Of a stretch of 64,000 bases of DNA, positions 49,630-60,762 are shown one piece after another. Origin of the DNA: an uncultured Elusimicrobia bacterium (GTDB lineage: Bacteria; Elusimicrobiota; Elusimicrobia; 2-01-FULL-59-12); assembly GCA_963702895.1 (NCBI GenBank), contig OY969767.1:768001-832000 (forward strand), written 5' to 3'. The stretch's first letter is position 1; each line of letters starts with the position of its first letter. The notes under the pieces are model-generated. The model saw only the letters and a list, made by a program, of their open reading frames with translations. It was not told where the DNA came from and searched no databases. Both the position numbers and the translations under genes were made by a program.

Positions 49630-51381
49630 ATGAGCTATCAAGTTCTTGCGCGTAAATATCGGCCTCAAACTTTTGAGGAAATCGTTGGCCAGGCGCACGT
49701 GGCCACGACGCTTGCCAATGCGCTCAAAAACCAGAAGGTCGCCCATGCCTACCTCTTCTCCGGGCCGCGCGGCGTCGGCAAGACCACCACCGCCAGGATC
49801 CTTGCGAAGGCCCTGAACTGCGTCAAAGGCCCAACCCCCGTTCCCTGCAATCAATGCGATTCCTGTCAGCGCATCGCGCAGGGGCAGGAGATCGTGGATG
49901 TGCTTGAAATTGATGCGGCCTCCAACCGCGGCATTGAGGAAATCCGCGAGCTCCGCGAGAACGTCCGGTACGCGCCGGCCCGCAGCCGGTTTAAGGTTTA
50001 CATCGTGGACGAGGCGCATCAGATCACCCATGACGCCTTCAACGCTTTTTTGAAAACGCTGGAGGAGCCGCCGGAGCACGCCATTTTTGTGCTGGCGACC
50101 ACGGAGTACCAGAAAATCCCCGCCACGATCCTCTCGCGCTGCCAGCTTTTTCGGTTCAAACGGGTCTCCGCAGAAGATATTTCCAAACACCTCGAAAAAA
50201 TCCTGGGCCGTGAAAAAATCACGTATGAAAGCGCTGCCCTTTCCCGGCTGGGACGTGCCGCCGGAGGGTCCCTGCGCGACGCGTTAAGCCTCCTGGATCA
50301 GGCGCTCGCGTATGCTTCGGGCGCGCTCTCGGCCAAACAGGTGGAAATGCTCTTGGGTTTTTTGCCGGAGGAATTTTTGGTGGGTTTTGTGTCCGCCCTT
50401 CTTGAGCGCAAGCCAGCGGGGATCCTCGAATGGGTGAAGCAGCTGGTGGAGGAGGGATGGGATATCCCTCAGTTTGTGCGAGACTTCAGGGAATTCTTAC
50501 GGCAGTCTTTGGTCGATCAACTTGGATCGTCCGACGCCCCACGCTCGACGTCAGACGTCGCACGCCGCACGTCGGAGGAGCTCTTGATCGCGGGGCGTTC
50601 CGTTTCTCTTCCGGAAGTTCTCCACATGATCAAAGTGATGGGGCAGTGCGTGGACGAAATGCGTTGGAACGACAACCCGCGCCTCGTCCTGGAACTCTAC
50701 AGCCTGCGACTGACGCAGCCGTTTGTGGACGCCGGTGTGTTGCTCAAGAGAATTGAAGAACTTGAGGAGAAGAGTGGCGTATCGGAGTATCGGAGTACCG
50801 GAGTATCGGAGTCACAGCCCAGTAGCGTAACGGAGTACCAGGGTACCGGCGTCCCGGGGTCACAGCCCAATAACGTAACGGAGTATCGGAGTGCCGGAGT
50901 ATCGGAGTCACGCCAAGGCCGTGACCCCGTGACCCCGTTACGCCGATACCCCGATACTGCTGTTACCCCGACACCCCGACACCCCGACACTCCGTTACAG
51001 GCCTCCGCCTCTGAATTGTGGAAGCGCCTGCTGGCTGAACTCTGGAAGAAGCCGACGGTCGCTTCCCATATGGAACGAGCGGCGCTCAAATCCGCGACGG
51101 ACAAAGTGTGGGTCATCGAGTTTGCGGACGCTTTTGCGCTGTCGACCATGGAGCGAAACAAAGTGTTTTTAACCGAGACGCTCGCGGTCCTGGCGGGACA
51201 GGCTCTTGAGCTGCGTCTTGTCCAAGGGGCTCCGGACCAGAGAGAACGGGATGACGCGACGGTAGTCGTGCCGTCTCCCGCTTCGGAAGGGCGTCCGGTT
51301 GTGGAGCAGAACGCTCATGTCCAAAAGGTTCTGGGTGTTTTTAAGGGGCGCGTTCGGGAGGAGGAGCGGCCTGCATCATGA
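49630..51381 (+). CDS. dnaX: DNA polymerase III subunit gamma/tau
   Basis: MSYQVLARKYRPQ, GPRGVGKTT, EIDAASN, LKTLEEPP, SRC, GSLRDA. Confidence 0.97.
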   Translation: MSYQVLARKYRPQTFEEIVGQAHVATTLANALKNQKVAHAYLFSGPRGVGKTTTARILAKALNCVKGPTPVPCNQCDSCQRIAQGQEIVDVLEIDAASNRGIEEIRELRENVRYAPARSRFKVYIVDEAHQITHDAFNAFLKTLEEPPEHAIFVLATTEYQKIPATILSRCQLFRFKRVSAEDISKHLEKILGREKITYESAALSRLGRAAGGSLRDALSLLDQALAYASGALSAKQVEMLLGFLPEEFLVGFVSALLERKPAGILEWVKQLVEEGWDIPQFVRDFREFLRQSLVDQLGSSDAPRSTSDVARRTSEELLIAGRSVSLPEVLHMIKVMGQCVDEMRWNDNPRLVLELYSLRLTQPFVDAGVLLKRIEELEEKSGVSEYRSTGVSESQPSSVTEYQGTGVPGSQPNNVTEYRSAGVSESRQGRDPVTPLRRYPDTAVTPTPRHPDTPLQASASELWKRLLAELWKKPTVASHMERAALKSATDKVWVIEFADAFALSTMERNKVFLTETLAVLAGQALELRLVQGAPDQRERDDATVVVPSPASEGRPVVEQNAHVQKVLGVFKGRVREEERPAS

Positions 51382-51977
51382 TCGGCATGGCATCCTCTCT
51401 TGAACAGTTAAGGCAGCGCCTCGCGCTCCTCCCCAATGTCGGGCCTAAAATGGCGGAGCGGCTCGCTCTTTATCTCTTGCGCGCGCCGGACCACGAGGTC
51501 CAGGCGCTGGTACGGTCCCTGGAAGAGGCCCGGCGGCACATCCACTATTGTCCTATCTGCTATACCTACACCGAGGAAACGCCTTGCTGGATTTGCGCCG
51601 ACGTCACCCGGGACGCGCAGCTCATTTGTGTGGTGGAACATCCGCCCGATGTGGACGCGATTGAGAAGACGAAGGCTTTTCGCGGACGCTATCACGTTCT
51701 CCACGGGGCGCTCTCGCCTTTGGACGGGATTGGCCCGCAGGAATTGAAGATCGCCGAACTCTTAAAGCGCGTTCAGGCGGAGGACATTCGGGAAGTCATC
51801 ATCTCGACGGATCCAACGCTCCCTGGCGAGACCACCGCAACTTACTTGGCAGAGAAAATCCATCCCTTTGGCGCGCGCGTGACCCGCATCGGGTATGGCG
51901 TGCCGATGGGGGGCGATATCGAATACACGGATGAGCTCACGCTCACGCGCGCGCTCGAAGGCCGCCGCGACATCTAG
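51378..51977 (+). CDS. recR: Recombination mediator RecR
   Basis: LPNVGPKMAERLA, C4 zinc finger, YHVLHGALSPLDG, GVPMGGDIEYTD. Confidence 0.97.
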   Translation: MIGMASSLEQLRQRLALLPNVGPKMAERLALYLLRAPDHEVQALVRSLEEARRHIHYCPICYTYTEETPCWICADVTRDAQLICVVEHPPDVDAIEKTKAFRGRYHVLHGALSPLDGIGPQELKIAELLKRVQAEDIREVIISTDPTLPGETTATYLAEKIHPFGARVTRIGYGVPMGGDIEYTDELTLTRALEGRRDI

Positions 51978-52076
51978 AAACAACGGCAGAAACGAGAGAA
52001 GAGAAGCGAGAGAAGAGAGACGACGATGGGCTCTGTGCTCTCGCTTCTCGTTTCTTGCTTCTGCTGCAGGGTTCGC

Positions 52077-53426
52077 TTAGAGGGCAGAGAGAAGTTCGGG
52101 GGATCTGGGGCTGGTGACCACGGCCGTTGCGGGACCCTCGTCCTCGGGGAGCGCGTCGAACGGTCGTTCGACCGTGCGCACGGATTTGGCCTTGGTCTTA
52201 AAACTGGGTCGGATGACGCCGACGTGCGGCCAACCTAAGAGGGCGCGATTCTTTTCTTCGAGCCCAAGGTCCACAATCTGTCCCTGCTGGAAGGTCATGA
52301 GCCCCCGGTCTTCAGGGTCAAACCGATACCCTTGTGCCTGCAAGATGTTCCAATCCTGGTGCGTCGCGCCCAGGCCGTGCAAGATCTCGTGCATCAGGAC
52401 CAGCGGCTCGAACTTCGAAGCGGAGAGTTGAATGATCCCATCTCCCATATACGCCGCTTCGTCTTCAGAGGAAGTCCGGTAGTCGATCAGAACGACGAAG
52501 GCTTCCCCGGAGAGCTTGTAGAGTTGAGGAAGGGTGTGGACATAGACCCTGGAGGTCAGAAGATGGCCGCCGGAGGAGGCGGGATCCATATCGCCTTCGG
52601 AGATGTAAAGTGTCTCCACGCCCAGGAAGCTCAGGGAGAACTCACTCCCGCTGATGTAATCAAAGCCGCGATTCATCTCTGCGACTTGTTCTTCAAAATA
52701 AAGATCGCTTTCATGCAGGCCGGCCAGCATCGGTCGACGCAGCTGGCCGCTGGGACGCGCCGGAATGAGTTTAAAGAAACGGATCGGGACGTGGCTTTGC
52801 TTGCTCCAATGACGCAGACTGTCCGGAACGGAAGCGGTGAAAATGGACTTGCCGATGGGACCGTTCATTCTTTCCAAGTTTGACAGATGCTTTTGGAGAA
52901 ACTGAATGCTGCGCACATCCGTTTCAAAGCGCGTCCCGGGAACGCCATCGGCAGCGTAGAGCACAAGCCAATCGTCGACCACAGTCCGCGCGGAGCGAAA
53001 CAGGCCCTTGGCAAGAAGCGCCTGGACGCGAATTTCGAGGAGCTTCAAGTCCCGCAAGAGATCCCTTTCTGGACCTGAAGCGGCCGCGGTCGCGCGGAGG
53101 ACATCGTTGTATTTCCCCGCTCGAAGGAGAAGCTCAAAAAGTTTAAAATCGATCGCGCGGCCGGCGCCTGGTTCCGGGCGCATCTGCCGATACTGCTGAA
53201 GGGCCTCGTCGTAGCGGTTGGCGTTCATCAACAGGTGGATGAGCTGTTGCCTGGCGGGAGCTGTCACCGCGTGGGTAGGATAGGCCTGGGTGAGACGCTT
53301 CAGGATCGCGATTTTTTCAGGCACAGAAACGTAATCGCGGGCCATGCTCAGGAACTGTTCCGGGGTATACGGTGTTACGGCCATAAAGGAAGCGGCCAAA
53401 AGACATGTTAGACGAGAGGGGGGCAT
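52077..53426 (-). CDS. Hypothetical protein: TPR-like N-terminus and C-terminal zincin-like domain
   Basis: Helical N-terminal half; VLMHEILHGLGA and GLM motifs; start codon uncertain. Confidence 0.65.
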   Translation of the reverse strand: MPPSRLTCLLAASFMAVTPYTPEQFLSMARDYVSVPEKIAILKRLTQAYPTHAVTAPARQQLIHLLMNANRYDEALQQYRQMRPEPGAGRAIDFKLFELLLRAGKYNDVLRATAAASGPERDLLRDLKLLEIRVQALLAKGLFRSARTVVDDWLVLYAADGVPGTRFETDVRSIQFLQKHLSNLERMNGPIGKSIFTASVPDSLRHWSKQSHVPIRFFKLIPARPSGQLRRPMLAGLHESDLYFEEQVAEMNRGFDYISGSEFSLSFLGVETLYISEGDMDPASSGGHLLTSRVYVHTLPQLYKLSGEAFVVLIDYRTSSEDEAAYMGDGIIQLSASKFEPLVLMHEILHGLGATHQDWNILQAQGYRFDPEDRGLMTFQQGQIVDLGLEEKNRALLGWPHVGVIRPSFKTKAKSVRTVERPFDALPEDEGPATAVVTSPRSPELLSAL

Positions 53427-53599
53427 GTTTGAGATGGGTGTATCGCCCGTCGAAGGTGGACACAAGTAACTTATTTGTAAAATGGTGCCGCATCCCTCTA
53501 TATCGAATTTTCGATGGGAAAACGCGGCACCACCCCGGCATGTTGTAAGCCGGGGTCTATCGAGAGAAATGATGGATCCCCAGCTTACAACCGCGGGGG

Positions 53600-54229
53600 A
53601 TGACGGAAGAGGTCAGGACCATGGAACAACAGATCAAGATTACGGCTGAAATCCTTCAGCACGACCCGTCCGGTTGTCGATTTATCGTCGAGAGGGCTGT
53701 TCTGCCCAAGGGCTTTGCGCGCTTCCGTGATCCCGACAGGGCCAAGGGATCGCCCTTGGTGGAAAGACTCTTTGCCATCGACGGTGTGATGGGCGTGATG
53801 GTTCAAGAAAATGAAATCACGGTCACCCATCGCTTGCCGGTGGATTGGCGCATCACCGGGCCCCTGGTGGGAGCCGCGATACGGACGCATCTCGAAACAG
53901 GGCAGCCCGCCGTGTCGGAAGAAGCCCTGAAGAGCGCTCCCGAAGAAGACGTTCTCCGTCAAAAAGTGCAGAAGTTCCTCGATGAAAACATTAACCCCGC
54001 GGTGGCCTCCCATGGGGGCTTCATCTCGCTGCTCGATGTTCGAGACAAGGACCTCTTTATTCAGATGGGGGGTGGATGTCAGGGATGCGGGATGGCCAAT
54101 GTGACGCTTCGCGAGGGCGTTGAAACAGCCATCCGCCAAAATTTCCCTGAAGTCGGCAAAATCCTGGACATTACGGACCACACCTCCGGCGAAACTCCCT
54201 ACTACACCAATCGCTATCCAGAAAGATGA
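53600..54229 (+). CDS. Nfu/NifU-family Fe-S carrier
   Basis: Nfu N-terminal domain (SPLVERLFAIDGV) plus INPAVASHGG, MGGGCQGC. Confidence 0.9.
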   Translation: MTEEVRTMEQQIKITAEILQHDPSGCRFIVERAVLPKGFARFRDPDRAKGSPLVERLFAIDGVMGVMVQENEITVTHRLPVDWRITGPLVGAAIRTHLETGQPAVSEEALKSAPEEDVLRQKVQKFLDENINPAVASHGGFISLLDVRDKDLFIQMGGGCQGCGMANVTLREGVETAIRQNFPEVGKILDITDHTSGETPYYTNRYPER

Positions 54230-54266
54230 TTGATATCAAAACATACTCATAAATAGATATGAAAAA

Positions 54267-54291
54267 ATACATGACATGTCGTGTCATGTAT
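54267..54291. promoter_or_regulatory. Palindromic Rrf2/IscR-type box upstream of sufB
   Basis: atacatgaca-tgtcg-tgtcatgtat (25 bp), similar to 61838-61862. Confidence 0.6.
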
Positions 54292-54316
54292 GTGTTATAC
54301 TGATCTATCTTGATTT

Positions 54317-55756
54317 ATGGCTAATGAAGCGTTAGAGCACATCGCCAGCCAGGAGTATAAGTGGGGGTTTACCTCCGAGATTGAGTCCGATGTGGTGCAG
54401 GCCGGCCTCAACGAGGAGGTCATCCGGTTTATTTCCGCTAAGAAAAAGGAGCCCGCGTGGCTTCTGGACTGGCGCTTGAGAGCTTTTGAGATCTGGAAGA
54501 CCATGAAGGAGCCGCACTGGGCCAATATCACCTACCCCCCGATCGATTACCAGGCCATCCGCTATTATGCTGCCCCCAAACAGAAAGCGGTTCCCAAGAG
54601 TCTCGAAGAGCTCGATCCGGAAATTCGCCGCACCTTTGAAAAGCTCGGTATTTCGCTCCAGGAGCAGGAAAGACTCTCCGGCATCGCGGTGGACGCCGTG
54701 CTCGACAGCGTCTCCGTCGCGACCACTTTCAAAGATAAGCTCAAAGGGTTGGGCATCCTCTTTTGCTCCTTCTCCGAGGCCGTCCGCGAGCACCCGGACC
54801 TCGTACGCCAGCACCTGGGCACGGTCGTTCCCCAGGGAGACAACTTCTTCGCCGCGCTCAACTCGGCTGTTTTTACGGACGGCTCCTTCTGCTACATTCC
54901 GAAAGGGGTGCGCTGCCCGATGGAGCTCTCCACCTATTTTCGAATCAACGCTTCCGAGACGGGCCAGTTCGAACGCACCCTGATTGTCGCGGAGGAAGGG
55001 GCCTCCGTCAGCTATCTCGAAGGCTGCACGGCGCCCAGGCGCGATGAAAACCAGCTCCATGCGGCCGTTGTCGAGCTGGTGGCCATGGACCATGCGCAAA
55101 TCAAATATTCCACGATCCAGAACTGGTACCCGGGGGACAAGACGGGCAAGGGCGGCATCTTCAACTTCGTGACCAAGCGCGGGCTTTGCAAAGGGATCAG
55201 TTCCAAAATCTCCTGGACGCAGGTGGAGACGGGCTCCTCGATCACCTGGAAATACCCGAGCTGCATTCTGAAGGGTGATCACTCGACAGGCGAGTTTTAT
55301 TCCGTGGCCCTTGCCGCTAATTATCAGCAGGCCGATACCGGCACCAAGATGATCCACGTGGGCAAGAATACGCGGAGCACCATCATCTCCAAAGGCATCT
55401 CCGCGGGGCATGGACAGAACAGTTATCGCGGCATGGTGAAGATTCTGGCCGGCGCCACAGGAGCGCGCAACTACTCCCAGTGCGACTCGCTTCTGATGAG
55501 CCCCACCTGCGGCGCGCATACCTTTCCCAATATCGACGTGCAGGAGCCTACGGCGCAGATGGAACATGAGGCCACGACGTCGAAGATCAGCGAGGACCAG
55601 CTCTTCTACGCCAAGAGCCGCGGCATCCCGACGGAAGACGCCGTGGGAATGATCGTGAACGGATTCTGCAAGCAGGTGTTTCGAGAGTTGCCTATGGAGT
55701 TTGCTGTGGAGGCGCAAAAACTATTGAGTCTCAGTTTAGAGGGGACGGTCGGATAG
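54317..55756 (+). CDS. sufB: Fe-S cluster assembly protein SufB
   Basis: [55 protein letters not shown]. Confidence 0.97.
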   Translation: MANEALEHIASQEYKWGFTSEIESDVVQAGLNEEVIRFISAKKKEPAWLLDWRLRAFEIWKTMKEPHWANITYPPIDYQAIRYYAAPKQKAVPKSLEELDPEIRRTFEKLGISLQEQERLSGIAVDAVLDSVSVATTFKDKLKGLGILFCSFSEAVREHPDLVRQHLGTVVPQGDNFFAALNSAVFTDGSFCYIPKGVRCPMELSTYFRINASETGQFERTLIVAEEGASVSYLEGCTAPRRDENQLHAAVVELVAMDHAQIKYSTIQNWYPGDKTGKGGIFNFVTKRGLCKGISSKISWTQVETGSSITWKYPSCILKGDHSTGEFYSVALAANYQQADTGTKMIHVGKNTRSTIISKGISAGHGQNSYRGMVKILAGATGARNYSQCDSLLMSPTCGAHTFPNIDVQEPTAQMEHEATTSKISEDQLFYAKSRGIPTEDAVGMIVNGFCKQVFRELPMEFAVEAQKLLSLSLEGTVG

Positions 55757-55757
55757 A

Positions 55758-55870
55758 CTCCTTCTCCCGGCGGATGCGACGGGAGAAGGGTGGGATGAGG
55801 GCGCGGGCCCTCACCCGGCCGCTGAGCATCGGGCGGCCGCCCTCTCCCACCTGACGGCGGGAGAGGGGAG
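55758..55870. repeat. Pair of inverted REP-like palindromes between sufB and sufC
   Basis: ccttctccc...gggagaagg-gatgaggg / ccctcaccc...ccctctccc...gggagaggg. Confidence 0.65.
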
Positions 55871-55888
55871 AAAACAAAGGAAACGTTT

Positions 55889-56650
55889 ATGTTAGAAATC
55901 AATAATCTGCACGCCTCTGTGGGTGAAAAACCCATTCTGAAAGGCATCACCCTGAACGTCAAGAAGGGTGAAGTCCATGCCATCATGGGCCCCAACGGGT
56001 CCGGGAAGTCGACGCTCGCCAATGTCCTCTCCGGACGAGAGGGCTATACCGCCACGGCGGGGCAGGTTCTCTTGGAGGGGGAGGATCTCCTCAAGCTCAC
56101 CCCCGAAGAGCGCGCGGTCAAAGGAGTCTTTCTCGCCTTCCAGTATCCCGTGGAGATCCCCGGTGTGACCAACAGCTACTTCATGAAGACAGCGCTCAAC
56201 GCCATTCACAAGGCCCGCGGCGAAAAGGAAATCGACGCGATCGACTTTCTGAAGATCATCAAGGAAAAAGCCAGGCAGGTGGAGATGCCCGAAGGCATGC
56301 TCACCCGCTCCGTGAACGAGGGGTTCTCGGGCGGCGAGAAGAAACGCAATGAAGTTTTGCAAATGACGATTCTCGCGCCCAAGCTCTGTGTCATGGACGA
56401 GACCGATTCAGGGCTCGATATTGACGCCCTGCAGGTGGTCGCCCGGGGCATCAACGCGATGCGCTCTGCCGAGCGCGCCTTTATCGTGGTGACCCATTAC
56501 CAGAGACTCTTGAATTATGTCCAGCCTGATTTTGTGCACGTTCTTTCCGGCGGTCGGATCGTGAAATCCGGCGGCAAGGAACTGGCCCATGAGCTGGAGA
56601 AGAAAGGCTATGGCTGGGTCACGGGAGACCCCGCTCAGGAGATCGCCTGA
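55889..56650 (+). CDS. sufC: Fe-S cluster assembly ATPase SufC
   Basis: GPNGSGKST, AFQYPVEIPGV, FSGGEKKRNE, DETDSGLDIDA. Confidence 0.97.
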   Translation: MLEINNLHASVGEKPILKGITLNVKKGEVHAIMGPNGSGKSTLANVLSGREGYTATAGQVLLEGEDLLKLTPEERAVKGVFLAFQYPVEIPGVTNSYFMKTALNAIHKARGEKEIDAIDFLKIIKEKARQVEMPEGMLTRSVNEGFSGGEKKRNEVLQMTILAPKLCVMDETDSGLDIDALQVVARGINAMRSAERAFIVVTHYQRLLNYVQPDFVHVLSGGRIVKSGGKELAHELEKKGYGWVTGDPAQEIA

Positions 56651-57478
56651 ATGAGAAGCGCCACCACCCATCTGAGTTTTCTGCCGGCGACGGCACCCGT
56701 GCGCGTCGCAGAAAAAGATGGTGTCGTCCATCTCACGGTACCGCAGGGCGAACAGGTCACTTTGGTCGAGAAATTTCAGCGGAGAGACCCGGAACCCTAT
56801 CGCACAGAGTCCCGGATCGCGCTTCGAATTGAAGAGGGCGCACGTGTGAAGCACTACAAACTTGTTTTGGAAGGATCGCATGCCGATCATCAATCGTCCC
56901 TTGAAGTCGAAGCGGGGCGCCATGCGGCCTTCTATTCCAATGTGTTCTTGATGGGCGGGGAGCATGTGCGCAACACGATCCAAGTCCATCTGGCCGGCGA
57001 GTACGGGGCATGTCAACTCAACGGTCTTTATGTCGGGCGCGGTCAGCAAAACATCGAAACGCACACCCTCATTGACCATCAGAAACCGCACGGGACAAGC
57101 CATGAGTTCTATAAAGGGATCTTGGACGATGAGGCGCAAGGCACCTTCGACGGACTGATCGTCGTCGCGAAAGAAGCCCAAAAAACAGATTCCGCCCAAA
57201 TCAACAAGAATCTCCTGCTCTCCCCGAGGGCCAAGGCGCACTCGTTGCCGGAGCTCAAAATCTTCGCCCACGATGTGAAATGCAAGCACGGTTCGACCAT
57301 CGGTCAGTTGGACGAGCAACAGCTTTTCTACTTACGCTCACGCGGCGTGGCTTTCCACGAGGCGAGGCGTCTGCTCATCAATGCTTTCGCCAGCGAGATG
57401 ATCGAGCTCGTGGAAATCGATGAGCTCAAGGCGGCTTTACTCCCATGTCTGAACTTCACGACCTCTATCAGGAAGTAA
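56651..57478 (+). CDS. sufD: SufD lacking the usual N-terminal part
   Basis: YKGILDD, AQKTDS, NLLLS, PELKIFAHDVKCKHGSTIGQLD, FYLRSRG; only 275 aa. Confidence 0.85.
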   Translation: MRSATTHLSFLPATAPVRVAEKDGVVHLTVPQGEQVTLVEKFQRRDPEPYRTESRIALRIEEGARVKHYKLVLEGSHADHQSSLEVEAGRHAAFYSNVFLMGGEHVRNTIQVHLAGEYGACQLNGLYVGRGQQNIETHTLIDHQKPHGTSHEFYKGILDDEAQGTFDGLIVVAKEAQKTDSAQINKNLLLSPRAKAHSLPELKIFAHDVKCKHGSTIGQLDEQQLFYLRSRGVAFHEARRLLINAFASEMIELVEIDELKAALLPCLNFTTSIRK

Positions 57479-57897
57479 TACTGGACCATAGCCGGCACCC
57501 GCACAACTACCGTGCGATGACGGACGCCACACGCCAGGCCGAGGGGTATAACCCCCTCTGCGGGGACCAAGTCACCGTTTATTTGAAACTCCACGGAGAC
57601 CGTATTGAAGAGGTCAGTTTTCAGGGGAACGGCTGCGCCATCTCGAAATCCTCCGCCTCGGTTATGACTGACTTGGTCCAAGGACGGTCCAAACAGGAAG
57701 CGGCGGCCCTTTTTGAAAAATTTCGCCAGCTCGTCACGGGCGAGAACCCACCTCCCGAAGACCCCACGGATAAAATGGCGATCTTTGCCGGGGTCTCGGA
57801 ATTTCCCGCTCGCGTCAAATGCGCGGTGCTCGGCTGGCACACGCTTCGCTCGGCGCTTGAAGAAAAGAAAGGGCAGGTCAACACCGAATCGCTATGA
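57445..57897 (+). CDS. sufU: SufU (NifU-like) scaffold
   Basis: LYQEVILDH, NPLCGD, GCAISKSSAS, FPARVKCA. Confidence 0.95.
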   Translation: MSELHDLYQEVILDHSRHPHNYRAMTDATRQAEGYNPLCGDQVTVYLKLHGDRIEEVSFQGNGCAISKSSASVMTDLVQGRSKQEAAALFEKFRQLVTGENPPPEDPTDKMAIFAGVSEFPARVKCAVLGWHTLRSALEEKKGQVNTESL

Positions 57898-58454
57898 GCG
57901 TCAAAGACCCGGTTAAAGTCTCACGCGATCTGGAAGTGGTCCAAATCCCGGAAGGGTTGAAGGTCCGACTCATCCGAGGAACATCGGTGCGCCTGACCCA
58001 GGCCTTGGGTGACACTTTTACGGTGGTGACGGAATACGGGACGATGGTCCGGGTTTCGGGGCAGGATGCCGATGCCATCGGCGAGGCGCCCCTGGGTCCG
58101 GTGACCGTGTCGAACCCGGTCACGGACGCCCCTCAAAGCGCAGACGAACTCCAAGCACGCGTTTGGGAGGCGCTTCGGGGCGTGTATGATCCCGAAATCC
58201 CGGTCAATGTTGTGGAGCTGGGTCTGGTTTACGCCAACGATGTCACAGCCCTCGCCGAAGGCGGATACCAAGTCCATGTCAAACTGACGCTCACCGCGCC
58301 AGGCTGCGGTATGGGCCCCGTGATGCAGGCTGACGCGGAGCGCCGCATGAAAGCCATCCCCGGTGTCAAGGCGGCACAGGTCGAACTCGTGATTGATCCG
58401 CCCTGGAACGCCTCCATGATGTCGGAGGCGGCACGATTACAGTTAGGCCTTTAA
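57894..58454 (+). CDS. sufT: SufT (DUF59) Fe-S assembly protein
   Basis: TQALG N-terminal extension, VYDPEIPVNVVELGLVY, TLTAPGCGMG, PPW. Confidence 0.9.
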   Translation: MSVKDPVKVSRDLEVVQIPEGLKVRLIRGTSVRLTQALGDTFTVVTEYGTMVRVSGQDADAIGEAPLGPVTVSNPVTDAPQSADELQARVWEALRGVYDPEIPVNVVELGLVYANDVTALAEGGYQVHVKLTLTAPGCGMGPVMQADAERRMKAIPGVKAAQVELVIDPPWNASMMSEAARLQLGL

Positions 58455-58782
58455 GCCGCCTCCGCCGCGCGCCTCCAGCTGGGCCTCTAAGACAGCCCAT
58501 CCCTGCTTTGCTTTCGATGGTGGGCCTGAAGGGCTTCCCAAATAATCCGATAAGCCACCCCTGACGTCATCCCCCGCGGCCGTCAGCGGGGGATCCATCG
58601 ACGGCCTTGGTGTAGGTGTTGGTGGCGGGATCGAAGACGAAGGGTTTCACTTATTGGGTGAAAAATGAGGGGTCAACACAGGAGGCTTTGAAAAAGGGTG
58701 CAGCGCGTGATTTTACAGCGACGCGCAGAGGCAATAAAATACCTCGCAAGCCAGAGTGGAATCTGAACTGCGAGGTGCTTTT

Positions 58783-60102
58783 ATGTTACTGAAGAACTTG
58801 GACGTATACAAGGTCTCGACGACGGATCAAGCGGTGACGAGTTTTGCAGGGCTGCCGTTGTTGTTGGGGACGGCACGGAGCCTGGGGTTGGAGGAGCGGC
58901 TCAATGCGCTGCCGGTGAAGGAGCGGGCGCGGGGATACGATCCTGCCGAGAGTATTTTGGGGTTGATGGGATCGATCCAGGCGGGCGGGGAAGCGCTCGA
59001 AGACATCGGGCTGCTGCAAGGGGACGAGGGGATACGGCGCTTGCTGGGGGATTTTCCGGCAGCGAACACGTTGGGCGAATTTCTTCGGCGTTTTGGGCGC
59101 AAGACGATTCATGGGTTGGGATGGGTCCAGCTCAAGACGGCGGCGAAGGTGATCCGGGCCTGCGAGCTGTCTATTGTGACGATCGATATCGACGCTTATT
59201 TTTTGGAGTCACAGAAGGAAGGCGTCTTGATGAATTACGATGGACTGGAAGGGTATTGTCCGGTGATGGTCAGTTGCGCGGAGCTGAAGATGCCGCTGGC
59301 CGGGGCGTTTCGGGCAGGCAATGCGAGCCCGATGGCGAACCTGGCGAGTTTGTTGCGGCGGGTCTTGCGGCAGTTTTCCGGTTTGCGGATGAGGGCGCGC
59401 TCAGACAGCGCGGGGTATCAGGCGAAGGTGGTTCGGGAATTGGATCGGGCCGGGGTGGACTTCACCATCACGGCGCGCAAGGATGATGCCGTTTTGGAAG
59501 CGATTCGGTCGATTCCGGAGAAGGCCTGGAAGAAGTACAACTCGCCGGTCTATCCCCATAAGGGATCTGAGATTGCCGAGACGGTGCATGCTTTTGGGGA
59601 GGCGGACAAGGATATCGCCGCATTTCGGTTGGTCGTGGTGCGCTGGCAGCAGGAGCCGCAAGGCGAGCTTTTCGATAAGGAGCACTTTGAATACCATGCG
59701 GTGGCGACGCGGTTCACATGGGAACCGGGATTGGTTCTGCAATTTCACCGTAACCGGCAGGATGGGTCGGAGAACGTGAACCGGGAGATGAAGAGCGAGG
59801 GTGGGTTTGGATTATCCAAGCTGCCGTGCCGGGATTTTATGGCCAATGCCGCCTATTTCCAGATCGCGATGTTGGCGTCGGTGGTCACGGCAGCCTTCAA
59901 GCATTTGGTTCTGCCGAAAGCCTGGCAGAGCTTCACGATCCAGACGCTGCGGCACCGGCTGATCCGCTTGGCCGGGACAGTGTGCCGGAAGTCGCGCTAT
60001 CTGTGGTTAAAGATTCCGGAAAACTACCCGTTCCGGCGGGTTTTTGAAGAGGCGCGCTATGGCGTGTTGGGGCTGTCTGTGGTGATCGCGTCTACCGGTT
60101 GA
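58783..60102 (+). mobile_element. IS1380-family transposase (element ends not resolved)
   Basis: TSFAGL, TIDID, GYCP, RAGNA, RSDSAGY, FHRNR..SENVNREMK, LPCRDFMANAAY, TLRHRLI. Confidence 0.85.
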
Positions 60103-60366
60103 TTGACGGGACGGCGACACCGAAGGCATCGACGGAGGGAAAGAACCGAACAGAGGGTCGGAGCGGCGAAAACTGCCGCAAAAGGCCGACAATTGATCAG
60201 ACGGTAGTCTGAACCGCCTCCGAGGGAAGCCAAGGGTACCCGAAGCAGGCGAGAAACCTGGTCGCCGCGGCGACCGAGCGGTGAAAAATTGGGACCTATG
60301 TGTGGCCTACGTCAAAACGCAGCGCTGCAGAAAATTACCGGAGCTTTTGGGAGGGCTTCCTGCTGT

Positions 60367-60395
60367 TTGACACTCCACAACAGGCAATGTAGAAT
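60367..60395 (+). promoter_or_regulatory. Sigma70-type promoter
   Basis: TTGACA-17 bp-TAGAAT upstream of the PilZ gene. Confidence 0.75.
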
Positions 60396-60405
60396 TCACT
60401 CCACG

Positions 60406-60762
60406 ATGGTCCTCGATACAGAGCATTCCCAGGAAAGACGTCAACTCAAGCGTGTCACCATCAAACTTCCGGTCACTGTCGAAGGGATCGGGGTCAACAA
60501 GTTCACCTGCGAGACCCTCAACCTCCATGAGCAGGGAATGGCGGTCACGTCCACCACGTTTTTGACCGAGGGCACGAAAGTCCAGGTCGCGATTGCCTTT
60601 CCGCGTTCCCAGATCGTGATCGATGCGATGGTGGCCTGGTCAACAGCGCTCAACATTATGGCGCTCAAACCCACGCGGTGTGCCATTGGATTTAAGTTCT
60701 CCGTCGCCTCATCCAAAGACATCGCCGCGATCAAGCGGTTTGTCCGCAACCACAAAGATTAG
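60406..60762 (+). CDS. PilZ-domain protein
   Basis: ERRQLKR (RxxxR), NLHEQG (D/NxSxxG-like), VAW, GFKF. Confidence 0.8.
   Translation: MVLDTEHSQERRQLKRVTIKLPVTVEGIGVNKFTCETLNLHEQGMAVTSTTFLTEGTKVQVAIAFPRSQIVIDAMVAWSTALNIMALKPTRCAIGFKFSVASSKDIAAIKRFVRNHKD

Noticed and set aside
58530..60300. Terminal inverted repeats and TSD of the IS1380-family element
   Set aside because: A candidate right end (ggtgaaaaattggg, about 60280-60293) has no convincing inverted partner upstream, so boundaries were not called.
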